Positions 9,502-25,429 of a stretch of DNA of 64,000 nucleotides are shown piece after piece. The DNA comes from an uncultured Halieaceae bacterium (lineage in GTDB: Bacteria; Pseudomonadota; Gammaproteobacteria; Pseudomonadales; Halieaceae). Under the pieces are notes generated by a model that saw only the letters and a program-made list of their open reading frames with translations, did no database searches and was not told the DNA's origin. Numbering within the stretch: position 1 is the stretch's first letter; every line of letters begins with the position of its first letter. Both the position numbers and the translations under genes were made by a program. Location of the stretch: NCBI GenBank assembly GCA_963976655.1, contig CAXBLB010000010.1, positions 32,725 to 96,724 on the forward strand. Reading direction: 5' to 3'.

Positions 9502-9512
9502 GCCATGTCTCC

Positions 9513-11195
9513 TCAGGCCGCCTGTTCGATTAACGCCCGGGTGATCACCTTGAGGGCCAGGGTTTCCTCGGCTCCCTCGAAGATGGACAGTACCCGCGCA
9601 TCCGCGTAGTAGCGACTCACGGGAGTCTCTTCGGCGTAGCCCATTCCCCCGTGAATCTGCAGCGCTTCGCGTGTCAGCCACTCGGCCGCGCGCCCGGCAA
9701 ACAGTTTGGCGGCGCTGGCTTCCATATCCCCGTCGCCCTTGTCCATCATGTCGGCTACGTCGTAGGTGATCTGGCGGCAGGCCAGAATCATCGCGGCCAT
9801 GCGTGCCAGCTTGACTCGAGTGAGCTGGTACTCGCCTATGGCCTGGCCGAACACAACGCGTTCGCTCGCGTAGGAAATCGCCCGCTCGAAGGCCGCTCGC
9901 ATCACTCCCACGGCGCGGGCCGCGGTCTGGATACGCCCTCCCGCAAAACCGGCCATTGCGGCGTAGAAGCCTTTGCCTTCGCCCTCCGGGCCACCCAGCA
10001 TATTTGCATCGGGCACAAAAAAATCATCGAAAAACAACTCAAAGGAATGCATGCCGCGATAGCCGATGGTTGCAATCGCCCGCCCGCTCAGCTTCCCGCC
10101 ATCCTCCTGGTTCACGCTGAGGGTGTGACCGCTACTGCTGGGCTTTTCCACCAGGAACATCGACAGACCGCGATGGCCGAGGCTCATATCCTGATCAGTG
10201 CGCGCTAGCACCATCAGCACGCCAGCCTTGCCGGCGAAAGTGCACCAGGTCTTGGCTCCATTGAGTAGCCAGCCGCCTTCGGCTGGGGTGGCTTTGAGGC
10301 GCACGCCCGCTACATCGGAACCGTAGTTGGGCTCGGTGACGGCCACCGCACAGAGCGGCTCGCCCACGGCGAGCTGCGGCAACCAGTGCCGCTTCTGCTC
10401 TTCCGTGCCGCCCTTGAGCAGGGCGCGCGCAAGAATCTCGGGGCGGGTTATCAGGCTGCCGGCCGCTCCCAGCGAGCCGCGGGACAGCTCTTCGGTCACC
10501 ACGATCATACCGAGAGTGTCTTCCTTGTCGTCCGCCTGCAGGCCACCGTAACTTTCGGGAATGGACAGCCCGAACAGGCCCATTTCCTTGAGCGGTTCAA
10601 GAATTGCGTCCGGTATGTCGAGATCCTCACGATGCACTTGTTCGGCCAGCGGCGCGACAACATCGTCCGCGAAGCGCCGGAAGGTGTCGCGCATCATGCT
10701 GTGGTGTTCGCCGAGCAGATCCGGACCGAGGTCGCCGTTGCGTTCGAGTATCTGTTGCCCCAGTAATTCCATGCTGTCGGCTGCGAGCTGCGCCTCGAGA
10801 AATGCGCTCGCGGGGCCGGCATCGGTAAGCTTGGCAATCTCATCGAGGGTGGTGCCATAGGCTGTCGGGCGCAGCCGCAGGCGGGCCAGGCTGGAGGATA
10901 CCGCTTCGGCGCAGAACAGCATGGCCAGACGCTCCACGAAGGCGTCCGGCTTGCTGGCCTGCAAACGTCTCGCGTGGTCGAGCAGAAACCGCGCCGCGGT
11001 GCATTCCGACCAGCTTACGGCGAGTTCGTAGGAGGCGAGCTGCTGGGCGTCGAGCAGTGCAGGGGAGACCTTGCCGTCCTGCAGGCTAGCCGCGCGAATA
11101 TGTGCCGCCGCGGCATCCAGCAGCGCATGGGCACTCGACAGTAGGGAGCCGGCCGAATCGAGCGGAAGCCCTTGTTCCGGGGAGACCTGGGTCAT
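9513..11195 (-). CDS. mcd: Methylsuccinyl-CoA dehydrogenase (long acyl-CoA dehydrogenase)
   Basis: ACAD motifs TEPNYGSD, IGYRGM, QIHGGMG, IFEGAEE; N-terminal extension of about 170 aa typical of Mcd; sits in the ecm operon. Confidence 0.8.
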   Translation of the reverse strand: MTQVSPEQGLPLDSAGSLLSSAHALLDAAAAHIRAASLQDGKVSPALLDAQQLASYELAVSWSECTAARFLLDHARRLQASKPDAFVERLAMLFCAEAVSSSLARLRLRPTAYGTTLDEIAKLTDAGPASAFLEAQLAADSMELLGQQILERNGDLGPDLLGEHHSMMRDTFRRFADDVVAPLAEQVHREDLDIPDAILEPLKEMGLFGLSIPESYGGLQADDKEDTLGMIVVTEELSRGSLGAAGSLITRPEILARALLKGGTEEQKRHWLPQLAVGEPLCAVAVTEPNYGSDVAGVRLKATPAEGGWLLNGAKTWCTFAGKAGVLMVLARTDQDMSLGHRGLSMFLVEKPSSSGHTLSVNQEDGGKLSGRAIATIGYRGMHSFELFFDDFFVPDANMLGGPEGEGKGFYAAMAGFAGGRIQTAARAVGVMRAAFERAISYASERVVFGQAIGEYQLTRVKLARMAAMILACRQITYDVADMMDKGDGDMEASAAKLFAGRAAEWLTREALQIHGGMGYAEETPVSRYYADARVLSIFEGAEETLALKVITRALIEQAA

Positions 11196-11440
11196 GCTGA
11201 GTCCTGTTGTCAGTAAAAAGCGCGGGAATCGTTGCCAATCGCTGGCAGGCGCGCCACCGTCTGGTTTAACGATTCAAACCGTCAATTTTATAGCGTGGCA
11301 CCGGCTTTAACAACCAGACACAGCCAGCGGTGCCCGAGCAAAACCTCGCAGCCAGCGTCACTGGCTTGCCGTTGGTGTTGTGCGGGCGGTATCCTTGCTG
11401 GCGTTTTTACGCGCCAGCCAGACTCACCCGAGGAAACTGC

Positions 11441-12313
11441 ATGAAAATCAGACCGCGTCGCTCCCTGTTGTATATGCCCGGTTCCAATCCCAGAGCGCTG
11501 GAAAAGGCGCGCACACTGGATGCCGATGGCCTTATTCTCGACATGGAAGACTCTGTTGCCCCCGACGCCAAGCAACTGGCCCGTGAGCAAATCGGCGCGG
11601 CGCTCGAGGCCGGCGGCTATGGCTACCGTGAACTCATGGTACGCATCAACGCTCTCGCAACAAGCTGGGGAAGCGATGACATTGCCGCGATAGCCGCCTT
11701 TCCGACCCAGCCGGATGCCGTACTGATTCCCAAGATCGATACGGCGACCGATGTGCAGGACGCGATAGCAGCGCTGGACGCAGCCGGCTGTCCCGCAAGT
11801 GTCGATGTATGGATCATGGCTGAAACGCCGGCTTGCATTCTCAACATCGCCGAGGTGGCCAGGGCGCATCCGCGCTTGAAAGGCATGGTGATGGGCACTT
11901 CCGATTTGTCCAAGGATACGCGTGTACGCCACACGCCTGACCGCCTGGGCTTTATCAGCGCATTGAATCTGTGTGTCTATGCGGCGCGGGCCAATGGGCT
12001 GGATATTATTGACGGCGTGCAGCTTGATCTGGAGGACGATGCGTTGCTGGAAAAGTCCTGTGAGCAGGGCAGGGATCTCGGCTTCGATGGCAAAAGCCTC
12101 ATTCATCCGCGCCAGATCGCCGCCGCCAACGCGGTATTTGCGCCGAACGAGGACGAGGTTGCCGCGGCGCGCGAAATTATCGCTGCATTTGAGGCCGCCC
12201 AGGCCGAAGGCAAGGGCGTGGTGGTTGTCAAAGGGCGCCTGGTGGAAAATCTGCACGTTGAAATGGCGCAGCGCCAGCTCGCGCTCGCCGAGGCCGTAGA
12301 GCGCTCGCGCTAG
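11441..12313 (+). CDS. mcl2: (3S)-malyl-CoA thioesterase Mcl2 (CitE family)
   Basis: RSLLYMPGSN.RALEKA, DMEDSV, MVMGTSDL, GRDLGFDGKSLIHP and VENLH resemble Rhodobacter Mcl2; ATG at 11441 follows an AGGA RBS. Confidence 0.75.
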   Translation: MKIRPRRSLLYMPGSNPRALEKARTLDADGLILDMEDSVAPDAKQLAREQIGAALEAGGYGYRELMVRINALATSWGSDDIAAIAAFPTQPDAVLIPKIDTATDVQDAIAALDAAGCPASVDVWIMAETPACILNIAEVARAHPRLKGMVMGTSDLSKDTRVRHTPDRLGFISALNLCVYAARANGLDIIDGVQLDLEDDALLEKSCEQGRDLGFDGKSLIHPRQIAAANAVFAPNEDEVAAAREIIAAFEAAQAEGKGVVVVKGRLVENLHVEMAQRQLALAEAVERSR

Positions 12314-12376
12314 AGCCTCCCGGGGCGCCCCGGCGTGGTGGCACCGGCAGGGCCTCTGCCAAACTACGGGCGTCTT

Positions 12377-12893
12377 CTAGAGGTGTAGCGCGCGCAACGC
12401 CGGATCGGGCACACTGCAGTTCCACAAGCTGTTAAACAGTTCCAGGTACTGCTGCGCCCTGGCACGTGAATCCGGTTCGAAGAAGGCGCCGCTGGCGGCG
12501 CCCCCGGGGAGCGCAAGCACGCCGCTACGATCCCGGATCACGCAGTTTTCACCGTTCCATTGCGGGTGTTCGTCCAGTCTCTGTATATGCACCTTGCTCG
12601 GCAGGCGCCGCGACAGTTCCAGTAGCCGGTGGCCGCGAGTCACGATGCCCTGAATATCGCTTACCAGGATGCGGATGTCTGATTGCCGGCTGTCGCGGGC
12701 GAGGGCGCTCAGCGCGTCGGCAAGCCCCGCGGTATCGAAAGCCGTGTGATCGAGCTGGGGGCTCAGAATGCACACATGCCTGCGCGCGCTTGCGCACAGG
12801 GCGATAGCGTACTCATCAAAAGGTTGCGGGAAGTCGATGCCGTTGACGTAGTTTTGTTTGTCGCTGTCTGCGATATTCTCGGGTTCTGTCTCG

Positions 12894-12904
<11 letters not shown>
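12377..12904 (-). CDS. Conserved hypothetical protein downstream of roxA, possible degenerate PLD-like fold
   Basis: Overlaps the roxA stop; ARRHVCILSPQLD...IRILVSD...RDRSG pattern; no HKD motif. Confidence 0.65.
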
Positions 12905-16081
<3,177 letters not shown>

Positions 16082-16085
<4 letters not shown>

Positions 16086-17182
16086 ACAGACTCCGTGGAT
16101 GCAATGGTACCGCCGCCGAGGCAGCGGTCTCCAAGATAGAACACCACGGATTGCCCCGGGGTGACGGCTCGCTGGGGTGCGCCGAACTCGACGCGATAGC
16201 CGTGTGCGGCGTTTTGCGACAGCGTGCAGGGCTGGTCCGCCTGGCGGTAGCGCACCTTCGCAGTACATTCGAGTGGCAGCCCGGGCGGCTCTCCGGCCAC
16301 CCAGTAACAATCTTCGGTTAGCAGACGCTGGCTGAACAGCGCGGGGTGTTCGTTGCCCTGTACGACGCGCAGTATATTGTGCTCGAGATCCTTGCCCGCC
16401 ACGTACCAGGGTTCTTCCGAAGCATCCCGCCTGCCGCCGATGCCCAACCCCTGACGCTGACCAATAGTATGGTACATGAGGCCCTGGTGACGACCCAGAA
16501 GTTCGCCTTCGAGACTGCGAATATCTCCGGGCTGCGCCGGAAGATACTCGCGCAGGAAATCCGCGAAGCGTCGTTCGCCAATAAAGCAGATACCGGTGGA
16601 GTCCTTCTTGCGCGCGGTCACAAAATGTTGCTTTGCCGCCAGCGTGCGCACCGCTGGCTTGGCCAGTTCGCCTACCGGAAACAGCGCCTTGGCAAGCTCC
16701 GTGTGACCCACGGCGTGGAGGAAGTAGCTCTGATCCTTGTTGGCATCAAGGCCCTTGAGCAACGCGGCCCTGCCGTGCGCTTCGCCGCGCCGCACGTAGT
16801 GTCCCGTGGCGATGCAGTCTGCGCCGAGCTGTAGCGCATAATCGAGAAACGCCCGAAACTTGATTTCCCTGTTGCACAGGATGTCGGGATTCGGTGTGCG
16901 CCCCGCGCGGTATTCCGCGAGAAAATGCTCGAAAACATTGTCCCAGTACTCTGCCGCGAAGTTCGCTGCGTGCAGTTTTATATCGAGTGCGTCGGCTACC
17001 GCCCGGGCGTCGGCAAAATCGTCTTTTGCGGTGCAGTACTCGGTGCCGTCATCCTCCTCCCAGTTCTTCATGAACAGGCCTTCCACCTGGTAGCCCTGTT
17101 CTTTCAGCAGCAGCGCGGCCACGGAGGAATCGACACCTCCGGACATGCCGATAATGACTTTCGTGGCGGAATTCAGGCTCAT
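16082..17182 (-). CDS. mnmA: tRNA-specific 2-thiouridylase
   Basis: [50 protein letters not shown]. Confidence 0.97.
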
Positions 17183-17631
17183 GACGTGTGAATCAGATCC
17201 AGCGGGTAGCAGATGCCCTCGCGGTGTCGCTCGATGGATGCGGTGACCAGAGGGCTGCGCATTCTAGCAGAATTCGCCCGAATATCCGCGTAGTCCAGCC
17301 AGTGAACCGCCAGAATATCGGGGTCGATCACAGGGTTTGCAAGCAGTTGCACAGGGCTGCCCAGAAAGGTTGTGCGATGGTAGGTTTCGCCACTGCCGGG
17401 CGCCGTGTAGAGCGCGATACCAATAACGCCACTGAGCGCTATCAGCCAACCGGTTTCCTCACGGGTTTCCCGCAGCGCGGCCTCCAGCAGCGATTCGCCG
17501 CTTTCCAGATGTCCGGCGGGCTGGTTGAATACCCTTGCGCCGGTCCGCTTGTCGCGCTCCTCCACCATCAGGTAACGCCCGTCCTGTTCCACCACGCAGG
17601 CGACGGTCGTGTGGGCTGACCATGCACGCAT
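17179..17631 (-). CDS. nudJ: NUDIX hydrolase (NudJ/YmfB family)
   Basis: [26 protein letters not shown] Nudix box; conserved position between rluE and mnmA. Confidence 0.85.
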   Translation of the reverse strand: MRAWSAHTTVACVVEQDGRYLMVEERDKRTGARVFNQPAGHLESGESLLEAALRETREETGWLIALSGVIGIALYTAPGSGETYHRTTFLGSPVQLLANPVIDPDILAVHWLDYADIRANSARMRSPLVTASIERHREGICYPLDLIHTS

Positions 17632-17632
17632 C

Positions 17633-18241
17633 TCAGTGCTGCCTTCGCCCGCCGCGCCGCCCCGTTGCGGCGGGCCTGGCTGGCAGGTGAACTTCAAGCG
17701 CGCGGCTTTCCCCGGGCGCGAGGCCATCCAGCGACCAGTCGCCGATGCGCGTGCGCACCAGCCTGAGCGTGGGGTAGCCAAGTGCAGCTGTCATTCGCCT
17801 TACCTGGCGGTTGCGGCCCTCGCGCAAACTCAACTCGAGCCAGCTATCGGGAATCTGCTTCCGCTGGCGAATTGGTGGATGGCGCAGCCAGAGCTGCGGG
17901 GGTGGAATCGCCCGTACGCGCGCGGGCAGGGTGGGTCCGTCCTTGAGCAGAATACCGTTGGCAAGCGTTGCCAGGTCGCTCGGACCCGGCGTACCTTCCA
18001 CCTGAACGAGATAGGTTTTCCAGTGTTTGTGGCGGGGGTTGGCAATGCGCTGCTGCAGAGCGCCGTCATCGGTGAGCAGCAACAGGCCCTCTGAATCGTA
18101 ATCGAGGCGACCCGCCACGCGAAAGCTGGGTGCGCGCAGATAATCTGCCAGTGTGGACCGGCCCGCGCCGTCAGTGAACTGGCTGAGGACCCTGAAAGGC
18201 TTGTTGAACAGCAGGATGCTCGCCATCTGAAATGCGTCCAT
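17633..18241 (-). CDS. rluE: 23S rRNA pseudouridine synthase E
   Basis: FNKPFRVLSQF, AGRLDYDSEGLLLLT, EGRNRQVRRMTA. Confidence 0.88.
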   Translation of the reverse strand: MDAFQMASILLFNKPFRVLSQFTDGAGRSTLADYLRAPSFRVAGRLDYDSEGLLLLTDDGALQQRIANPRHKHWKTYLVQVEGTPGPSDLATLANGILLKDGPTLPARVRAIPPPQLWLRHPPIRQRKQIPDSWLELSLREGRNRQVRRMTAALGYPTLRLVRTRIGDWSLDGLAPGESRALEVHLPARPAATGRRGGRRQH

Positions 18242-18370
18242 AGTTTAAGAAAAATCGCCGGCGAGCGGGTCGGCTCCCGGGTCCGGCATGCTACACTGGA
18301 TACCGCTTTCCCCGGGGCCCACACAGCGGTGCCCCTGATTCCAGAAAAACCCGCAGCTACGGAGTAGATT

Positions 18371-19624
<1,254 letters not shown>

Positions 19625-19647
19625 CGGCCGGCTCCCAGCCACACAGC

Positions 19648-19677
19648 GGGCTCGTGGCGACACGGGCCCTTTTTTTT
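19648..19677 (+). terminator. Rho-independent terminator of icd
   Basis: GGGCTCGTG-GCGA-CACGGGCCC stem-loop followed by 8 T. Confidence 0.88.
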
Positions 19678-19770
19678 GCCGGCGGCGCGGCCGCCTTTTC
19701 CCCTCCGGGAAATCTCGTATAATGAAGGCATGCAATTGATCCCCTGCGAAAAAGCGAACAGAGAAAGACC

Positions 19771-20127
19771 GTGGAACTGATCCCCCGAGGCATTCCGTGG
19801 CGTATGAGTGACGAGAAGGAGGATTCCGCGGGTGGTTTGGCACTCGAAGAGTCCCGACCGGAACTCGAGCGCCCGCCGCTGTTCAAAGTGGTATTGATCA
19901 ACGACGACTACACGCCGATGGAGTTTGTCGTGGAAGTGCTGGAGATTTTTTTCCGCATGAACCGCGAACAGGCGACCCATGTTATGCTCACAGTGCATAC
20001 TCAGGGCAAGGGCGTCTGCGGCATTTTTACGCGGGACATCGCCGAAACCAAGTCGGCCCAGGTAAATCAGTACGCCCGTGAACATGAACATCCCCTGCTG
20101 TGCGAGATCGAAGCATCCGAAGGCTAG
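19771..20127 (+). CDS. clpS: ATP-dependent Clp protease adaptor ClpS
   Basis: [34 protein letters not shown]; start may be 19804. Confidence 0.95.
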   Translation: MELIPRGIPWRMSDEKEDSAGGLALEESRPELERPPLFKVVLINDDYTPMEFVVEVLEIFFRMNREQATHVMLTVHTQGKGVCGIFTRDIAETKSAQVNQYAREHEHPLLCEIEASEG

Positions 20128-20142
20128 GGGAGAGGGGGAAGC

Positions 20143-22425
20143 ATGCTTAGCAAGGATCTGGAACAGACGCTCAACGACGCCTTTCGTGGCGCCCGGGCCA
20201 AACGCCACGAGTTCATGACGGTAGAGCATCTGCTGCTGGCGCTGCTCGACAACAACGATGCGATTCGGGTGTTGAAAGCCTGCGGCGCCGACATTGGCAG
20301 TTTGCGCGGTGACCTGATCGAATTTGTCGATGCGACGACGCCCCTGATTCCCGAGGAAGACAGCGAGCGCGACACTCAGCCCACGCTGGGCTTTCAGCGC
20401 GTTCTGCAGCGCGCGGTGTTTCATGTGCAATCCTCGGGCAAGAGCGAGGTAACAGGTGCAAACGTACTGGTAGCCATCTTCAGCGAGCAGGAGAGCCAGG
20501 CGGTATTTTTCCTGAAGACCCAGAGTGTTGCCCGCCTGGACGTGGTGAACTACATGACCCACGGCATCTCGAAAGTGGGCAATGACGGCGAATCCGCTGA
20601 AGGCCCGCAGGCCAGCTCCGAGGAGCCGGTAGGCGAAGAGGGCGAGGCCAGCCCGCTGGAAAGCTTTGCCACCAATCTGAACACCGAGGCCCTGGCAGGG
20701 AATATAGACCCGCTGATCGGGCGCATCGACGAAGTCGAGCGTGTTGCCCAGATACTCGCTCGCAGACGCAAGAACAACCCGCTGCTGGTGGGGGAGTCCG
20801 GGGTGGGTAAAACCGCGATCGTGGAGGGCCTGGCCAAGAAGATCGTGGACGGCGAAGTGCCGGATGTACTCAAGGATAGCGAGGTTTTCTCACTTGATCT
20901 GGGGGCTCTGCTCGCGGGCACCAAGTATCGCGGGGATTTCGAGAAGCGTTTCAAGAACCTGCTGGCGGAGCTGAAGAAGCGCGACAAGGCCATCCTGTTC
21001 ATTGACGAAGTGCATACCATTATTGGCGCAGGGGCGGCTTCTGGCGGTGTGATGGATGCCAGCAACCTGCTCAAGCCCTTGCTCAGTTCGGGAAAATTGC
21101 GCTGTATAGGCTCCACGACGTTCCAGGAATACCGCGGTATTTTTGACAAGGACAAGGCGCTCAGTCGTCGCTTCCAGAAAATTGATGTAATGGAGCCCAG
21201 CGTCGACGACGCCTACAAGATACTCAAGGGCCTGAAATCGCGCTTTGAAGAACACCATGGCCTGCGCTACACAGACAAGGCGCTGCGCGTGGCCACCGAC
21301 CTCTCGGCGCGCTACATTACTGACCGGTTCCTGCCCGACAAGGCTATTGATGTGATCGACGAGGCGGGCGCGTATCAGCAGCTGCAGCCGGTGTCGAAAC
21401 GCAAGAAGGTCATCGGCGTCGGCGATATCGAAACAGTGATTGCAAAGATTGCGCGGATTCCCCCGAAAACTGTCAGTAGCGACGACAAGGAAACACTGCA
21501 AAAGCTCGAAAAGAATCTGCAGATGGTGGTGTTCGGTCAGGATGCCGCGATCAGCAATCTCGCCACCTCCATCAAGCTGGCGCGAGCGGGCCTGCGCAGT
21601 GGCGACAAACCCATCGGTTCTTTCCTGCTGGCCGGCCCGACCGGCGTGGGTAAGACGGAAGTCACGCGGCAACTCGCGCGGATACTCGGCCTTGAGCTGA
21701 TCCGCTTTGATATGTCCGAGTATATGGAGCGCCACACCGTATCGCGGCTGATCGGCGCGCCGCCCGGCTACATTGGTTTTGACCAGGGCGGGCTGCTCAC
21801 TGATGCGGTAACAAAACATCCGCATGCGGTAGTACTGCTGGATGAAATTGAAAAGGCCCACCCGGAAGTCTTCAACCTTCTGCTACAGGTAATGGACCAC
21901 GGCACTCTGACCGACAACAATGGGCGCAAGGCAGATTTCCGCAATGTCATTCTTGTCATGACCACCAACGCGGGTGCGCAGAGCATCAGCAGGCGATCCA
22001 TTGGCTTCACCCTGCAGGACCACAGCACGGACGCCCTGGAAGCCATCAATAAAACCTTCACACCGGAATTCCGCAACCGTCTGGATTCCGTGGTGCAGTT
22101 TGAGCCCCTGGGTGAAGACGTCATTCTGACCGTCGTCGACAAGTTCCTCACGGAACTGCAGAGCCAGCTCGATGAGAAACGCGTGATGCTCGTGGTTGAG
22201 GAAGATGCGCGTCTGTGGCTGGTGGAGAAGGGCTACGATATCCACATGGGTGCACGTCCCATGGAGCGCATTATCCAGGAGCACATCAAGAAGCCGCTCG
22301 CGGAACTGGTTCTGTTTGGCTCGCTGGCGCAATCTGGCGGCACTGCCAGGGTGCGTCTGGACAAGGCCGGGGACAAGCTGGAGGTAAGCGTGGAAGAGAA
22401 AGAAGAGGCGCTCGAAGAGAGCTAG
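20143..22425 (+). CDS. clpA: ATP-dependent Clp protease ATP-binding subunit ClpA
   Basis: HEFMTVEHLLLALL; two AAA modules with GESGVGKT and GPTGVGKT; follows clpS. Confidence 0.97.
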   Translation: MLSKDLEQTLNDAFRGARAKRHEFMTVEHLLLALLDNNDAIRVLKACGADIGSLRGDLIEFVDATTPLIPEEDSERDTQPTLGFQRVLQRAVFHVQSSGKSEVTGANVLVAIFSEQESQAVFFLKTQSVARLDVVNYMTHGISKVGNDGESAEGPQASSEEPVGEEGEASPLESFATNLNTEALAGNIDPLIGRIDEVERVAQILARRRKNNPLLVGESGVGKTAIVEGLAKKIVDGEVPDVLKDSEVFSLDLGALLAGTKYRGDFEKRFKNLLAELKKRDKAILFIDEVHTIIGAGAASGGVMDASNLLKPLLSSGKLRCIGSTTFQEYRGIFDKDKALSRRFQKIDVMEPSVDDAYKILKGLKSRFEEHHGLRYTDKALRVATDLSARYITDRFLPDKAIDVIDEAGAYQQLQPVSKRKKVIGVGDIETVIAKIARIPPKTVSSDDKETLQKLEKNLQMVVFGQDAAISNLATSIKLARAGLRSGDKPIGSFLLAGPTGVGKTEVTRQLARILGLELIRFDMSEYMERHTVSRLIGAPPGYIGFDQGGLLTDAVTKHPHAVVLLDEIEKAHPEVFNLLLQVMDHGTLTDNNGRKADFRNVILVMTTNAGAQSISRRSIGFTLQDHSTDALEAINKTFTPEFRNRLDSVVQFEPLGEDVILTVVDKFLTELQSQLDEKRVMLVVEEDARLWLVEKGYDIHMGARPMERIIQEHIKKPLAELVLFGSLAQSGGTARVRLDKAGDKLEVSVEEKEEALEES

Positions 22426-22428
22426 GGC

Positions 22429-22647
22429 CTAGCGTTCGCGGTAGGTGATACGCCCCTTGGACAGGTCGTAGGGTGTTAGTTCGACACGCACTTTGTCGCC
22501 GGTAAGAATGCGAATATAATTTTTGCGCATCTTGCCGGAGATATGCGCTGTCACCACGTGACCGTTTTCCAGCTGTACGCGAAACGTCGTGTTGGGCAGG
22601 GTGTCGATAACTTCCCCTTCCATTTCAATCTGGTCTTCTTTTGCCAT
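22429..22647 (-). CDS. infA: Translation initiation factor IF-1
   Basis: [11 protein letters not shown]...[27 protein letters not shown]. Confidence 0.98.
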   Translation of the reverse strand: MAKEDQIEMEGEVIDTLPNTTFRVQLENGHVVTAHISGKMRKNYIRILTGDKVRVELTPYDLSKGRITYRER

Positions 22648-22785
22648 CAGGCGGCAATCCTCCGTGGGTCAAAGTGGCGGCATTTTGCCTGATTCCTGGC
22701 ATGAGCGCTACCGCTATCTGCGGTCGAAATGCAACCGGGGAGAGGGCGCAACACCTGGCACGCAAGCGCACCCGAGCGCGGGTTA

Positions 22786-23499
22786 TCAGCGCAGCGTTGT
22801 CCAGTGGCTGTTGATATAAAGCTGGAGGGGCCGGTAATCCGTTTTGTAGGACATCTTGCGGCAGTCGCGAATCCAGTAACCCAGATACACGTAGTCTAGA
22901 CCGCGCAGGCGCGCTTCCTCTATCTGCCAGAGTATGGCGTAGGCGCCCAGGCTTCGGCGGTCCTCACCCGGTTCAAAAAAGGTGTAAATGGCGGATAGCC
23001 CGTCATCGAGTTCGTCGACAACGGCGAGCGCCACGAGCTTGCCGTTCGCTGTGTAGAAACGGTAGTAGTGCGTGCAGTCCCATACCCTGTTGAGGAAGGA
23101 CACGTACTGTTCCCGATCGGGTGGGTACATGTCGCCATCGGCATGCCGCAGGCAAATATAACGATGGTAGAGATCGAATGCCTCGTCATCGCGAATATCA
23201 TCAGTGCGGGTGACACGCAGATCCTGATTGCGCCGCATGACGCGCTTCTGGCCGCGCCGTGGCGCAAAATCCCCGACCGGAATGCGCGCCGGCACACAGG
23301 CGTCGCACTGAGAGCAGTGCGGCCGGTAAAGGTGATTGCCACTGCGCCGAAAGCCCAGTACCGAAAGTTTGCTGTATAGCGTTTTGTCGACTGCCTGACG
23401 CGGATCAACGAACAGGGTGGTGGCTTCCTGATCCTCAAGGTAACTGCAACTGTGAGGGTAGGTGGTGTATACCTTGAGGTCCCGTATGGACGACGTCAC
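22786..23499 (-). CDS. bpt: Aspartate/glutamate leucyltransferase (Bpt, ATE-like)
   Basis: HSCSYL, GFRRSG..LYRPHC..C.AC, YLGYWI..CRKMSYK; GTG overlaps the aat stop (GTGA). Confidence 0.88.
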   Translation of the reverse strand: MTSSIRDLKVYTTYPHSCSYLEDQEATTLFVDPRQAVDKTLYSKLSVLGFRRSGNHLYRPHCSQCDACVPARIPVGDFAPRRGQKRVMRRNQDLRVTRTDDIRDDEAFDLYHRYICLRHADGDMYPPDREQYVSFLNRVWDCTHYYRFYTANGKLVALAVVDELDDGLSAIYTFFEPGEDRRSLGAYAILWQIEEARLRGLDYVYLGYWIRDCRKMSYKTDYRPLQLYINSHWTTLR

Positions 23500-24209
23500 A
23501 GCAAGTCTCCACAAGTCGCTGGCAAGTGCCAGATATCAGTCGCGATTTCGATGTTGACAGTTTGGGCAAGTAGCCGCTCGAAGTCCAGTCTCGCGAGGTT
23601 TTGCGCGCCCATGCTGTTGAGATGATCGCTCTCCACCTGGCAGTCAATCAGGCTGAAACCGCCCCGGAGCAGGATATCCCTTAGCGCGACCAGCGCGACT
23701 TTCGAAGCATCGCTGCGGCGGCTGAACATGGATTCCCCAAAAAACGCTCCCCCAAGCGCGACGCCGTAGAGACCCCCGAGCAAGTTGCCCTGTGCGTCGA
23801 GGACTTCAATGCTGTGTGCGTGCCCGAGGCGCTGCAGAGCACTGTAGGCGGCAATCATATCCTCGTCGATCCAGGTGCCGAGGCCATCGCCGCGCAGTTC
23901 AGCGCAGGCCTGCATGACCGTCTTGAATTGCTGGTCCACGGCTAGATGAAAAGCGTCAGCGCGCAGGGTTCTGCGCAATGAACGGGACACATGCAGTTCC
24001 CGTGGGAACAATACCGAACGCGGGTCGGGCGTCCACCACAGCACCGGTTGTGGGCTTGCGTACCAGGGAAAAATGCCTCGCCGATAGGCGCCAAGCAGAC
24101 GCTCGGGAGTCAGTTTGCCACCCACCGCCAGCAAGCCGTTTGGGTATTCCAGCGCCTCGCTTGTCGGTGGGAAATCAGTCGTGTCGTCGAGACGCCGGAT
24201 CGCTCGCAT
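23496..24209 (-). CDS. aat: Leucyl/phenylalanyl-tRNA-protein transferase
   Basis: GLLAVGG, AYRRGIFPW, WWTPDPR, HAHSIE, FFGESMFS, DASK. Confidence 0.95.
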   Translation of the reverse strand: MRAIRRLDDTTDFPPTSEALEYPNGLLAVGGKLTPERLLGAYRRGIFPWYASPQPVLWWTPDPRSVLFPRELHVSRSLRRTLRADAFHLAVDQQFKTVMQACAELRGDGLGTWIDEDMIAAYSALQRLGHAHSIEVLDAQGNLLGGLYGVALGGAFFGESMFSRRSDASKVALVALRDILLRGGFSLIDCQVESDHLNSMGAQNLARLDFERLLAQTVNIEIATDIWHLPATCGDLL

Positions 24210-24212
24210 CAG

Positions 24213-25235
<1,023 letters not shown>

Positions 25236-25429
25236 TCAGTCGCGCGCGCTCTCTCAGGGCGTACTATGTCTATGAGGGCGCACTATGGTACTTTAAAGCC
25301 TGCGGCCGGACAAAGATCGGTGTTGGATTAAAAGAGCGATATAAGACTTTGAAATAAGTCAAATATTGCCTCACAATTGCGCCGCGCTATGAATCCGATA
25401 GCGGGCACTCGAGCCTCGGATGCCTGGCG

